From contig NC_002939.5 in NCBI RefSeq assembly GCF_000007985.2, forward strand, positions 2,130,001 through 2,162,000: DNA of 32,000 bases, read 5' to 3'. Every line of letters begins with the position of its first letter. Positions within the stretch are counted from its first letter, which is position 1. The notes under the pieces were generated by a model, which made no database searches, was not told the DNA's origin, and was given only the letters and a program-made list of their open reading frames with translations. The position numbers and the translations under genes were made by a program. This document shows positions 23,344 through 32,000 of this stretch, one piece after another. The DNA is from Geobacter sulfurreducens PCA. Lineage in GTDB: Bacteria > Desulfobacterota > Desulfuromonadia > Geobacterales > Geobacteraceae.

Positions 23344-24426
23344 TCAGGAAACGACCTCGATGTCCATCCCCTTTGACACGTAAAGCGAATACACCTCGTC
23401 AACACTCTCATGGTTCTTGAGGAGATCGGAAACATGCAGGTAAAACGCCTTGATATCGATACGGTTCCCGAAAATTACGGCAAAATTCTCCAATGCTGAG
23501 GAGAAGAATGATGCGATGCACTGGGGCCGGCTGCCGCCTACGGTAACGGCGTACTCGACCGGAACGTCAAATCGTTTCGTTTCAAAGCCGAACTCATCCC
23601 GTGCCAAGTCGATATACCTGCCCGACTCACGCGGATGGGGAATATAGAAGACCGGTCGACCGGAGAAATACTGCTTCACCTTTGCCAGGTAACGGACGTA
23701 GACTTCATGGGTCAGGTATTCCTGCTCCACCAGCGGCTGGGCGATGAACCAGACACAGTCGGAGACTGCCGCCCTATCGGCGAGCGACTTGAAATAACGA
23801 TAGTCGTTCTTGATGACTCGATCCGGGTCGGATACCTCGAAATCATAGCTGGTGAAAAAGGTAAGCGAGTCCACACCGGTCCCGTCCCACTCCACCAACT
23901 TGTCGCGAAGCATACTTTTCAACGATTTAGCCGGTTCATCCCCGAGGACACCGGAGCCGGCATTGTGTTCTTCAATCCTCTGCCTGCCGATTTCGAGAGT
24001 ATCCGTTCCCACATCTATCAGGAACAGTCTGTTGTGATCGACATTGTTGGCGATGTGCCTCATATGAATGTCGTAATACCGCCGGTAACTGCCCAACACA
24101 AGATTGTCAACCCGGCCCAACGACCGGCACATGTTATTGATGACCTTTTTCTTGACTGATCGATCCAGCGTCAAGTAAAGCTCCTGCATCCTTTCATAGA
24201 CGTTCTTCGGCGGATGAAGTCCGAAATCACTGTTGGTCAATTTATAGCGAAAAGGGATATACCTGACTTCCTTCCACTGTTTCTTGTCGATAATTCTTTC
24301 ATAGCTTTCCTTGCTGAAAAGTCCTGACAACAATACTATGAGGACATTGTCTTTGAATTTGAAATGATGGACCGCCTCTATGGCATTCATCACCTGAAAT
24401 GGCGATTCTATTACAAATACTGTCAT
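23344..24426 (-). CDS. Hypothetical protein, candidate sialyltransferase-like (GT52/GT38-type) nonulosonate transferase
   Basis: The preferred start is ATG 24426, with GGAG 7 nt upstream, giving MTVFVIESPFQVMNAIEA. FLIDVGTD resembles the D/E-D/E-G motif. FYIPHPRES resembles the HP motif of bacterial sialyltransferases. This is motif-level evidence only. Confidence 0.6.
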   Translation of the reverse strand: MTVFVIESPFQVMNAIEAVHHFKFKDNVLIVLLSGLFSKESYERIIDKKQWKEVRYIPFRYKLTNSDFGLHPPKNVYERMQELYLTLDRSVKKKVINNMCRSLGRVDNLVLGSYRRYYDIHMRHIANNVDHNRLFLIDVGTDTLEIGRQRIEEHNAGSGVLGDEPAKSLKSMLRDKLVEWDGTGVDSLTFFTSYDFEVSDPDRVIKNDYRYFKSLADRAAVSDCVWFIAQPLVEQEYLTHEVYVRYLAKVKQYFSGRPVFYIPHPRESGRYIDLARDEFGFETKRFDVPVEYAVTVGGSRPQCIASFFSSALENFAVIFGNRIDIKAFYLHVSDLLKNHESVDEVYSLYVSKGMDIEVVS

Positions 24427-24461
24427 AACGTGCTCCGGTGCATGTGGGGATCCTTCTTCAA

Positions 24462-25748
24462 TCAGGCAGTTGTTGCCGAGCCCGGGAATTGTTTCAGATA
24501 TGTCACGTTGTCCCAACAGTTCTTCGATTTTTCCTCAGCCCATAGCTTCAGCTGATGCCTCAGCCCATCTCCTTGTGCAATGTAGCTCATGAGCTGCTGT
24601 CCCATCCGTTCCTTCTCCTGATCGATGCTCAAGGCGTCAAAGGTGCACGACGCCAGCCCCGACATTTCGATCAGCGCCTGCATTTTGAAGGTCTTGGATG
24701 ATATGGGAACAACCGGAGTCCCGCCGCGCAGGGCGAAAATACTCGGATGCCATCTCCCTCCCACGTAGGCCTGGGCATTGCCGATGATATCGACGGCCTG
24801 CTGCACCGGCGTCGTCAGGCCCACCAGGGGCAAATTCAACTGCTGGGCAATGGGGCGGAAGACCGCCTGATCTACAATGTCCGAGACGGTCAGGACAATC
24901 TGCCCCCGGTAGATGGAGCCGATATGGGTTACCAGCGCTGCAACGCGCTCGATCAGCTCCTGCGGCGTGCCGTTGTACGAGAAAATGGACGAGCCGCCGA
25001 TGCAGAGGTAGGGCTTGGCCGGGTCGAAGCAGGCCGTATCGGGCCACACGTCGAAATAGGTAGGGCGTTGAGCAACGGGCAGCCAGTCGGCCAGGGGCGC
25101 GGGCTTGAACAGGAACGCCGTGTCGGCGCTGAATCTGCCGCGGCACAGAGACGTGCAGCGCTGGGCTGAAATGGGATCGCGGAACACCACGTCATCGAAC
25201 AGCGGGTAGACATTCTCGGCCATGGCGCGCAGTGTGGGGTGATCGAAATCCGCGGTGTGATTCACCATGATCACCGGCTTGCCGAACCGCTTTTTGATCA
25301 GGTAGCTCAAAAACAATTCGGCCCGCGCAATCCGGGTATTGCCCACCATGCAGCCGTCGCCGTGGATCACCGCCAGATCAGCATCTTCGATCACCTTCAC
25401 CAGGGAGGAGCGAACATGGGGGTCCCTCAGGACCGTATCGGCTGCGCTCTCGAACTGATCCCACGAAGCAGGTATCATATCGTCGCTGCCGGCAGCGGGC
25501 AAAATCCTGTCAATCAGCATCCTGGCCTTGGTCACCAGCGGTGGGATGAACTGCTTGACGATTTTCTGCGCCAGGCTCTCCGTCGGATCGCTCTGCTTGT
25601 ACAGCAGCGAAAACTTGAGGTCATCTTCGGTTACCGCACCGACGATCCGGGCACCGCTGGCGCAGATCATCTTCCTGAGGGCGATGGCGGCGGCCCGGTC
25701 TCCCCAGTTGTGGTTACTCGTGGAGTCATTGATGAAGAAGACTTTCAT
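24462..25748 (-). CDS. Polysaccharide pyruvyl transferase family protein (CsaB/WcaK-like)
   Basis: It carries N-terminal [13 protein letters not shown] (an N.GD motif) and C-terminal [26 protein letters not shown]. There is an ATGA start/stop overlap with the upstream gene. Confidence 0.7.
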   Translation of the reverse strand: MKVFFINDSTSNHNWGDRAAAIALRKMICASGARIVGAVTEDDLKFSLLYKQSDPTESLAQKIVKQFIPPLVTKARMLIDRILPAAGSDDMIPASWDQFESAADTVLRDPHVRSSLVKVIEDADLAVIHGDGCMVGNTRIARAELFLSYLIKKRFGKPVIMVNHTADFDHPTLRAMAENVYPLFDDVVFRDPISAQRCTSLCRGRFSADTAFLFKPAPLADWLPVAQRPTYFDVWPDTACFDPAKPYLCIGGSSIFSYNGTPQELIERVAALVTHIGSIYRGQIVLTVSDIVDQAVFRPIAQQLNLPLVGLTTPVQQAVDIIGNAQAYVGGRWHPSIFALRGGTPVVPISSKTFKMQALIEMSGLASCTFDALSIDQEKERMGQQLMSYIAQGDGLRHQLKLWAEEKSKNCWDNVTYLKQFPGSATTA

Positions 25749-27088
25749 ACGCCGGCCTCCACGACGTCTCGGGAGGAGAGGTCCGCCGCCTGCTCGACCA
25801 ACAGACCGGCGGCGGCCAGTTTGCCAATTATCGGGTAGAGCCGGCCGACCGGCGCCTGAATGGTGTTGCTGATGTCAATCAGATCGTTGGTTCCGTCCGC
25901 GTAGGCGAGGACGTTAAGCATATCGGCCACCTGGCTGTGGGAATCCCTGGTGCCCACGGTGGGGAACAGCCCTCTCCTGCCGAGTTGGGGTTCGCCGAGG
26001 CACGTTGTCCGGTAGACGCGGTTGTTTTCCAGAAGTTCGAGACAGTCCCGCACCGCCGAAAATCCCCCCTGCAGGCCGGCCGGCGTCACGAGGTCCAGAT
26101 TGTCCAAGGAGGTATGATACTCCGGGTACTCGCGGTATTTGGAACGCATGACCGACACCACTGGGAGGTCGACCCCTGGGCTGCAGTACTGGCGCTCGTC
26201 GCTGCCGCGGTCGAGGAAGGAGTACCTGATGAAGTCCGGATGCTTGTGCCCCAGTATATTCAGGGCTGCCCGGTCGGCCAGGGTCGAACCGCTTCGCGAG
26301 GGGAGGAAGGAATAGGCCCGGTCGTCGCCGATGCAGGTCAGGTTGAACCCGGCCACGATGCTCTCCTTCATCCGGTCCAGATTCCTGCTCAGATACGTCA
26401 AGGAACCGATCGTCTCGGGGACGAAGACGATGCGGTAGGTGAACCGGCGCGGCCGGCTCATGATCCACCTGGCCAGCATGGTTGCCACCACCGGCCCCGA
26501 CAGCTCATTGTTGGCCATGGACGGGTGGCAGACATACGTTGAAAGGAAGATCTCCCGGTCGGTCTCCCCCGGAATGATCAACTCGCCATAGGTCAGATGG
26601 CCGTCTTTCAGTTCGCTGTCGATGAAGACCCGGTATTCGCCGTCGGGAAGGCCGGAGCGCTGGCGGTGCGTAAGACAGAACCCCCAGCGCTCCTGGTAGT
26701 AGGATGTGACGTACGGGATGGCGTCGGGCATAGTTTCCAGCGAATAGAGGTGGTTCTGTAGTTCGGCAAGGCTTATCGTCCTGTCCACCGGCACGGAATA
26801 GCCGACCACGTGGAGGTTATTACTCCGGAAATCGACAATCCGTTTGCCATTGCTGTCGCTGATATGGGCGTCGCGGATCGCCCATTCGCGGGGAACGGTC
26901 CAATCGAATACCTGCGTGCCGGTGGGCACCTCCACGAGCCGGAGAGGGATCTGCCCCTGGATGATCCGGAGGGTTTCCCGGACACCGTCGCCGGTAATGC
27001 TGCGACAGAGGGGAAACAGCTCGGCCAAGAGCCGGTACATCTCCTCGCCGCAGGCAGTGAAATCAAAGGAAGTGATATCAATCGGCAT
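25745..27088 (-). CDS. Aminopeptidase-like domain protein (COG4310 / DUF4910-type) with C-terminal winged-helix-like tail
   Basis: The N-terminus [44 protein letters not shown] is as remembered for this family, which recurs in glycan loci. The start is ATG 27088; the track start is TTG 27097. Confidence 0.65.
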   Translation of the reverse strand: MPIDITSFDFTACGEEMYRLLAELFPLCRSITGDGVRETLRIIQGQIPLRLVEVPTGTQVFDWTVPREWAIRDAHISDSNGKRIVDFRSNNLHVVGYSVPVDRTISLAELQNHLYSLETMPDAIPYVTSYYQERWGFCLTHRQRSGLPDGEYRVFIDSELKDGHLTYGELIIPGETDREIFLSTYVCHPSMANNELSGPVVATMLARWIMSRPRRFTYRIVFVPETIGSLTYLSRNLDRMKESIVAGFNLTCIGDDRAYSFLPSRSGSTLADRAALNILGHKHPDFIRYSFLDRGSDERQYCSPGVDLPVVSVMRSKYREYPEYHTSLDNLDLVTPAGLQGGFSAVRDCLELLENNRVYRTTCLGEPQLGRRGLFPTVGTRDSHSQVADMLNVLAYADGTNDLIDISNTIQAPVGRLYPIIGKLAAAGLLVEQAADLSSRDVVEAGV

Positions 27089-27127
27089 ACAGTTCAATCC
27101 GTCATCAACGTTTTGGTCTGCGCCGTC

Positions 27128-28210
27128 TCAGCGCAGACCGCTGTCCAGCCCCTGCCGGAACAGAAGGGAGGACGTTTGCCGGTACCGGTTATACACATAG
27201 ACCGGAAGGGTACTCAGGGCGAAGATCACGAGGGACAGGGCGGTGAGCCCTGCCTCGCCGAACATGGAATCCATCCGCCAGGCCACGGGTCTGAACAGAT
27301 AAATGACCAGCACGTGCAGGGAAAATATCTGCAGCGAATGCCGACCGATATATTCGACATACGGCACGAAGAAATCGCGGGGCACGTTCTGGAGCATCTG
27401 GCGGAGCAGCACCATGAGAAAACAGAAGTTCAGCAGGCGATGTATCGGCAGCTTGCTCCTGTCGACCAATAGCGAGTGATTGACCGCCAGATCGGAATGC
27501 CTGAAGGCAAAAAATACAAGGCAGCACACTGCAACGGTAGCCAGCATCATCTTATTGGCGCACAGCCTGTCCAGCCATTGGCCGGATATGCCGAGACAGA
27601 GACCGAGGGTAAACAGAAACTGCCATGAGATCAGGTTGAAGAAGCCGGTACCATACTGGGCGCCAAAGGAACTGGCAATGAGCTGCATCGGATCGACAAA
27701 CTGGCCGGCAACCCAGAAACCGAAACTGACGGCCAGTACCGGAACCGCTCCCACCCGGCGCACCAGAAGAAGCAGCGCGGGGCACAACAGCAGCAACCAG
27801 GCATAGAGCGGCAGGATATCGAGATAATCACCCTGGTGGAGGAGCACCAGATCGAGCAGGACCGTTTTCAGCGGGGCCACATCGTAGGGGTGCAGAAGTT
27901 CCATCCACGACCGTTGGTACGGAGGAATCAGCAGCGCCAGCAGGGGCAGCAGCAGCGCCACGGCAATGTGGTACCGGTAGATGAGGAAGCTTCTCCTGAA
28001 GGTCTTTGTCAACAACTGCCTGGTGTTGTCCAGGTATCGGCCATAAACCTTGGCGCAGACGAACCCCGACAGGAAGACGAACCCTTCCGCAGCCGAGACA
28101 TACCCCAAGGTCTGTGCCGTGGCCAGCTTCAGGTAGCCCCCCACGTGGTCGATGATCATGATCGCCACCAGCAGGCCGCGAATGGTATCAATTCTCCGGT
28201 CTCGCTCCAT
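27128..28210 (-). CDS. OpgC/acyltransferase-3-like integral membrane protein
   Basis: RIDTIRGLLVAIMIIDHV sits at the N-terminus and about 10 hydrophobic segments follow. The start is uncertain: ATG 28210 is preferred because it avoids overlap with the upstream gene, and 28288 and 28327 are alternatives. Confidence 0.6.
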   Translation of the reverse strand: MERDRRIDTIRGLLVAIMIIDHVGGYLKLATAQTLGYVSAAEGFVFLSGFVCAKVYGRYLDNTRQLLTKTFRRSFLIYRYHIAVALLLPLLALLIPPYQRSWMELLHPYDVAPLKTVLLDLVLLHQGDYLDILPLYAWLLLLCPALLLLVRRVGAVPVLAVSFGFWVAGQFVDPMQLIASSFGAQYGTGFFNLISWQFLFTLGLCLGISGQWLDRLCANKMMLATVAVCCLVFFAFRHSDLAVNHSLLVDRSKLPIHRLLNFCFLMVLLRQMLQNVPRDFFVPYVEYIGRHSLQIFSLHVLVIYLFRPVAWRMDSMFGEAGLTALSLVIFALSTLPVYVYNRYRQTSSLLFRQGLDSGLR

Positions 28211-28262
28211 GGTCAGCAGGCTCCCGCCATGCCGCCCGGCAACGGATGGTTGTCGGCGCACA

Positions 28263-29693
28263 TCACTGTATCTTTCCGCTCCGCACATCTTCCTGGGCCT
28301 TCTGGTAGTCCTCGTGCCGCCCCACATCGAGCCAGTACTCCATGATGGGGAAGCTGACCACGGAGCGGCCCTCGTCCAGCAGCTTCTGGATCAGGTCGGT
28401 CATGTCGAAGCGCTCCCCCTCAGGGATCAGATCGCAGACCGACGGTTCCAGCAGATAGATTCCCGCGTTGATGAAAAACGTGAGGGACGGTTTTTCCTTC
28501 AGCCCCGTGATCCTGACATCATCACATTCCACCACGCCGAAGGGGACCTGAACCTCGTATTTCCGGACCCCCACGGTGATCTCGGCGCCGTTTTTGCGGT
28601 GGTAGGCGAACATCTCCTGGAACGGAACGCCGGTGAGGATGTCACCGTTCATCACCAGAAAGGGGTCGCTCGCCTTTTTCATCAGCTTGAGCCCGCCGGC
28701 GGTGCCCAGGGGATGGTCTTCCTTCAGGTAATTCAGCTTCACGCCGAACGAATCACCGTCACCGAAATGCTCCACGATGCTGTCGGGCAGGTAGTGGGTG
28801 GTCAGGTTGACCTCCCTGATGCCCGACCGGCGGAGCTGGTCGATGGTCCGCTCCAGCAGGGGCCGATCACCCACCGGGAGCATCGGCTTGGGAACCTGTT
28901 CCGTGAGGGGGAGCAACCGCTTGCCGTACCCTCCCGCCATGACAACCGCCGACAGATTGAGTTGGTCATCGGCGATGAGATCCCTGCGAAGCAGGAAGTC
29001 GACGACCCGGCCCGTGTCGTCCACCACCGGCAGATGGTTGATATCGTGCTGGTTCATCAGGTGGAGGGCCTGGGCTGCCGAAAACGAGGGTTCCACTGTG
29101 ACGGGCCTGCGGCTGGCGACATCCTGGCAGGGAGCATCGAGGGAGATGCCGCGGAGCACGGCCCGGCGGATGTCGCCGTCGGTCAGGAGACCGTGGAGCC
29201 GGTCCCCTTCCGAGCAGAGCACCAGCGCGCCGGTCCCTGCCCTGTCCAGCTGGGCGATGGCCTCGGCGATGGAGGCGGAACAGGGGATGACGACGCTGTC
29301 GAGCCGGCGTCTTGCCCGGGCGGCCAATTCGTCCTCGGCAACCAGGTCGCGGCGCAACAGGAAATCAACAACCCTCCCCTCGGCATCCAGCACCGGCAGG
29401 TGGTTGATGTCGTGATGGTTCATGAGCCGGAGGGCTTCGATCGGCAGCAGCGGCACGAACGTGATTACCGGCTTCCGGTTGGCGATGTCGCCGCACGGCG
29501 CACCCATGTCGACCGCCTTGAGCAAGGCGCGGCGCACGTCACCGTCGGTCAGTAGGCCGTAGAGCTTTTTGTCCGCCGAGCAGACCACGAGGGAGCCGGT
29601 ACCTGCCCTGTCCAGCTGGGCGATGGCCTCGGCAATGGGGACGTCGGGAGAAATGACGACCTGTTCGAGAATGGCTTTGATATCGGAGGTCAT
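28263..29693 (-). CDS. Four-CBS-domain sugar-phosphate nucleotidyltransferase (PtmE-like)
   Basis: AGGAG lies 6 nt upstream of ATG 29693. Two tandem CBS pairs occupy aa 12-121 and 134-243. They are followed by VVMAGGYGKRLLPLTEQVPKPMLPV, the NTP-transferase G-loop. Confidence 0.85.
   Translation of the reverse strand: MTSDIKAILEQVVISPDVPIAEAIAQLDRAGTGSLVVCSADKKLYGLLTDGDVRRALLKAVDMGAPCGDIANRKPVITFVPLLPIEALRLMNHHDINHLPVLDAEGRVVDFLLRRDLVAEDELAARARRRLDSVVIPCSASIAEAIAQLDRAGTGALVLCSEGDRLHGLLTDGDIRRAVLRGISLDAPCQDVASRRPVTVEPSFSAAQALHLMNQHDINHLPVVDDTGRVVDFLLRRDLIADDQLNLSAVVMAGGYGKRLLPLTEQVPKPMLPVGDRPLLERTIDQLRRSGIREVNLTTHYLPDSIVEHFGDGDSFGVKLNYLKEDHPLGTAGGLKLMKKASDPFLVMNGDILTGVPFQEMFAYHRKNGAEITVGVRKYEVQVPFGVVECDDVRITGLKEKPSLTFFINAGIYLLEPSVCDLIPEGERFDMTDLIQKLLDEGRSVVSFPIMEYWLDVGRHEDYQKAQEDVRSGKIQ
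28965..29660. repeat. Internal 366-nt (122-aa) tandem duplication encoding the CBS pair
   Basis: The string ctgccctgtccagctgggcgatggcctcggc occurs at 29237 and 29603. The protein units share IAEAIAQLDRAGTG..L.GLLTDGD.RRA..., HDINHLPV.D..GRVVDFLLRRDL. Confidence 0.85.
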
Positions 29694-29696
29694 GGC

Positions 29697-31085
29697 TCAC
29701 TCCTGGTGGCTGGCGGATGATGTTCCATTCCAGTGGCGTCTGGTAACCGTACCGGTCGCTGTGTCCATCACGGCCACGGTCGTAGTGCCCGCGGCATTGT
29801 TGGCGGCGACCCCCACGGCGCTCAGGGCTTTCAGGGGGAACGTTTCCTCGTCGAACACATACTGCCAGCGGTGGAAAGGTATCTCGATGTCGAAGTTGTC
29901 ATAGTGGTACGTTCCGGCCGCCGTTTTAAGGGCAAGCCAGGGCTGCGGGCCAAAGGTCGGCGTTTCGGAGCTGACCTCCAGCACGTGGGCCGAATCGCCG
30001 ATGGTGGTCAGGGTAAGGTCAAGCTCGCAGGGCGGCGGCAGGGGCAGGCCGAGCGCGCCACGCATGGCCTCCAGCGCCTCGGCGAACCGGAACGGGACAT
30101 CCGGGAACTCGGCGGCCACGCGGCCGAGCAGGTGCAGTACGCCTTCGATGTCCGGCCGCATATCGCGGAAATCATGATTGGTGAATGAAAGCACCACGGG
30201 CTTGCCGTCCCGGGCCTCACGGAAGGCCTGGCGCACATCGTTTTCGGTCATGAGCCTGAACCGCGTGCCCACATTGAGGCAGCGCGCCACCCAGCGGCGG
30301 CAGGAGCCGGGCACCTGATAATCATCGGGCGCGGGATGGAACGGCTGCCAATTCACCGGCGACCGGCGCCAGTCGCCGAATCGTCCCCCCTTGAGGCCGA
30401 ACTGGGCCCTGTCGTCATCGGTCGGGACCATGGCCTGGCTGGAAAAGTCAAAGGGGATGAACTGCTCCAGGAACCAGTGACTGTCCGGCCGGATCACGTG
30501 GAACCCGGGCCGGTGGGCAGACGGGAACCAGTTCCGGTCAATGACCCGTCGCGACAGGATTTGGGGCAGGCTGTCCGAATTGGCCCACCAGTGGGTTGCG
30601 CAGCGATGCGCCTCTCTGTTGAAAGGGTGCGGATGGTAGTGGAAGTGGAGACCGTCCTGCATCGATCCCGTTTCACGCATCAGGTGCCGGTAGTGATCGA
30701 AGACGTTGTGGTATCCCATGTCCCGCCGGCGAGGATTGTAATCGTAATCCACATGATCAACGCAGAACCAGTTGTAGACCCATCCGCCGCCGAAGGAGTC
30801 GCGCACCCGCATGCGGAACTCGTCCGAGAGGCATTCCGCCAGCATGGCATCCACCTTGTCCCAGGTATCGTTGTAGGCAAGGAGATGGGGGTCCACTACC
30901 TTCATTACCGCCGACTCGATCCCTCCCAGGTCCACCTCGCCGGCCTGCAGACGGCGCAGCAGGGCGGTGCTCGGCTCCAGATCGAGCTTGAAGATCGATT
31001 TCAGACGATCGAATGTGGCCTCGGTCGATTCGTGCAAAGGACCTTCGGTATCGATGCAATGAACGACATACACGGTTTCAGACAT
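29697..31085 (-). CDS. Hypothetical protein (His-rich; possible glycoside hydrolase/deacetylase-like fold)
   Basis: The preferred start is ATG 31085, with GAGGTG 6 nt upstream; ATG 31103 is the alternative. The N-terminus reads VYVVHCIDTEGPL. It carries the His cluster GLHFHYHPHPF. I do not recognise the family. Confidence 0.6.
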   Translation of the reverse strand: MSETVYVVHCIDTEGPLHESTEATFDRLKSIFKLDLEPSTALLRRLQAGEVDLGGIESAVMKVVDPHLLAYNDTWDKVDAMLAECLSDEFRMRVRDSFGGGWVYNWFCVDHVDYDYNPRRRDMGYHNVFDHYRHLMRETGSMQDGLHFHYHPHPFNREAHRCATHWWANSDSLPQILSRRVIDRNWFPSAHRPGFHVIRPDSHWFLEQFIPFDFSSQAMVPTDDDRAQFGLKGGRFGDWRRSPVNWQPFHPAPDDYQVPGSCRRWVARCLNVGTRFRLMTENDVRQAFREARDGKPVVLSFTNHDFRDMRPDIEGVLHLLGRVAAEFPDVPFRFAEALEAMRGALGLPLPPPCELDLTLTTIGDSAHVLEVSSETPTFGPQPWLALKTAAGTYHYDNFDIEIPFHRWQYVFDEETFPLKALSAVGVAANNAAGTTTVAVMDTATGTVTRRHWNGTSSASHQE

Positions 31086-31151
31086 CAAGCTCACCTCTGA
31101 CATTCACGCGGCGCGCGCCGCCCATCCCTTGCTCATGCCGCAGTAGACGCA

Positions 31152-32000
31152 TCACACCAGATCCTCCCAGCGGATAACGTCATCTTCCTGCATGTCCCGG
31201 GCCAGTCTGCGGCCAAGGGCATAGGTCATCTCGGCGGGAGAAATGCCGGTACCGGGACGCTTGGCGTCCAGATCCGCTTCCACGAGCACATGCCCCTGAG
31301 GAAGGGCGCGGCGCGTCACCAGGCTCCGCCTGAATTTCTTGCGCTTTTCCATCTCGGCTTCGGTGACGATTCGCTTGCCGCCGCCGAGCGCTATCCGGAT
31401 GTTTCTCCCCTCCTCCACGATGGTCCGCAAATCGGTCGGCGTGGCGGAGATGGCGTGATCCCATCCCTCCATGTCCTGGTCGAGGGTGAAGTGCTTCTCG
31501 ATGACGCAGGCTCCCAAGGCGATGGCCGCGAGGGGGATGGCCGTGCCCATGGTGTGGTCGCTGAACCCGACCGGGACATCAAACGCCTGCTGGAGCGTGG
31601 CCATGTTGCGCAGATGGATCATCTCGTAGTCGGGCGGATAGATTGATACACAGTGCAGCAGCACGACCTGATCGTTACCTTCGGCACGCACGGTTTCAAC
31701 GGCCGCCTCGATTTCCGCCAGGGTCGCCATGCCGGTCGAGAGCAGCATCGGCCGCCGCTTGCGCGCCACGTACTTCAGAAACGGCAGATGGACGATATCC
31801 ATAGATGCGATCTTAAAGAAGGGCACATCCAGCGATTCCAGCAGATCGGCCTCTTCGGGCGAAAAGGGGGTGGAGCAAAAGGCTATCCCCCGTTCGCGGC
31901 AGTAGGCATGGGCCTCCCTATGCTGGTCTGTCGTGAGCTGATAGGTCTTAACCATATCCCTGAGCGAACCGAAGTGACGCTTTTTGTCGGAATACTCGGT
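31152..32000 (-). CDS. N-acetylneuraminate/legionaminate/pseudaminate synthase family (NeuB-like), 5' end outside the window
   Basis: FKIASMD, LLHCVSIYPP and GFSDHTMG are NeuB signatures. The C-terminus is a SAF domain. The reading frame stays open upstream of the track's Met to base 32000, and about 70 N-terminal residues expected for the family are missing. Confidence 0.85.
   Translation of the reverse strand, partial: TEYSDKKRHFGSLRDMVKTYQLTTDQHREAHAYCRERGIAFCSTPFSPEEADLLESLDVPFFKIASMDIVHLPFLKYVARKRRPMLLSTGMATLAEIEAAVETVRAEGNDQVVLLHCVSIYPPDYEMIHLRNMATLQQAFDVPVGFSDHTMGTAIPLAAIALGACVIEKHFTLDQDMEGWDHAISATPTDLRTIVEEGRNIRIALGGGKRIVTEAEMEKRKKFRRSLVTRRALPQGHVLVEADLDAKRPGTGISPAEMTYALGRRLARDMQEDDVIRWEDLV

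Noticed and set aside
22683-23435. A 250-aa minus-strand ORF overlaps the flippase gene in another frame.
   Set aside because: It is a Pro/Arg/Gly-rich shadow frame. The flippase frame gives a coherent polytopic membrane protein with a good RBS.
31108-31121. A perfect 14-bp GC palindrome, GCGGCGCGCGCCGC, lies between the NeuB-like stop and the next gene.
   Set aside because: It has no loop and no U-tract, so it is not a credible terminator. A short GC palindrome in GC-rich DNA with a single occurrence is insufficient evidence for a binding site.

Overview
This window reads as a cell-surface polysaccharide locus of the Geobacter/Desulfuromonadales type. By eye it is GC-rich with a few AT-rich islands, and I ran no database search. 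Coding is almost all on the minus strand. From the right edge down to about 7.4 kb there is one long, tightly packed Wzx/Wzy-type glycan biosynthesis gene set, with several overlapping stop/start junctions. It includes a NeuB-like nonulosonate synthase (truncated by the window edge), a CBS-nucleotidyltransferase, an OpgC-like acyltransferase and an aminopeptidase-like protein. It also includes a pyruvyl transferase, a candidate sialyltransferase-like protein, a flippase, two GT2, a hexapeptide acetyltransferase, a FemAB/CelD-like GNAT and a NodB deacetylase. The remainder is a GT4, a GNAT, two PaaK/CapK-like adenylating enzymes, a Wzy-like polymerase, AsnB, another GT and a CapA-like protein. 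At 6.7-7.35 kb a PEP-CTERM protein is encoded on the plus strand. The left 6.4 kb holds three secreted-protein genes: a 1047-aa FN3/Ig-repeat/dockerin protein and a two-gene operon of jelly-roll-like proteins. The most interesting signal is non-coding. Both secreted-protein transcription units are preceded by copies of the same ~400-470 nt leader cassette. Each cassette contains two different GEMM-I-type (cyclic-dinucleotide) riboswitch aptamers in series. Each aptamer overlaps its own intrinsic terminator, and a conserved TGTGA-N6-TCACC (CRP/FNR-type) palindrome lies between them. Differences between the two cassette copies are compensatory in the predicted stems. The upstream aptamer type diverges from the canonical consensus in the strands that normally contact the ligand. 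All family assignments rest on motifs I recognise by eye and need HMM/covariance-model confirmation.
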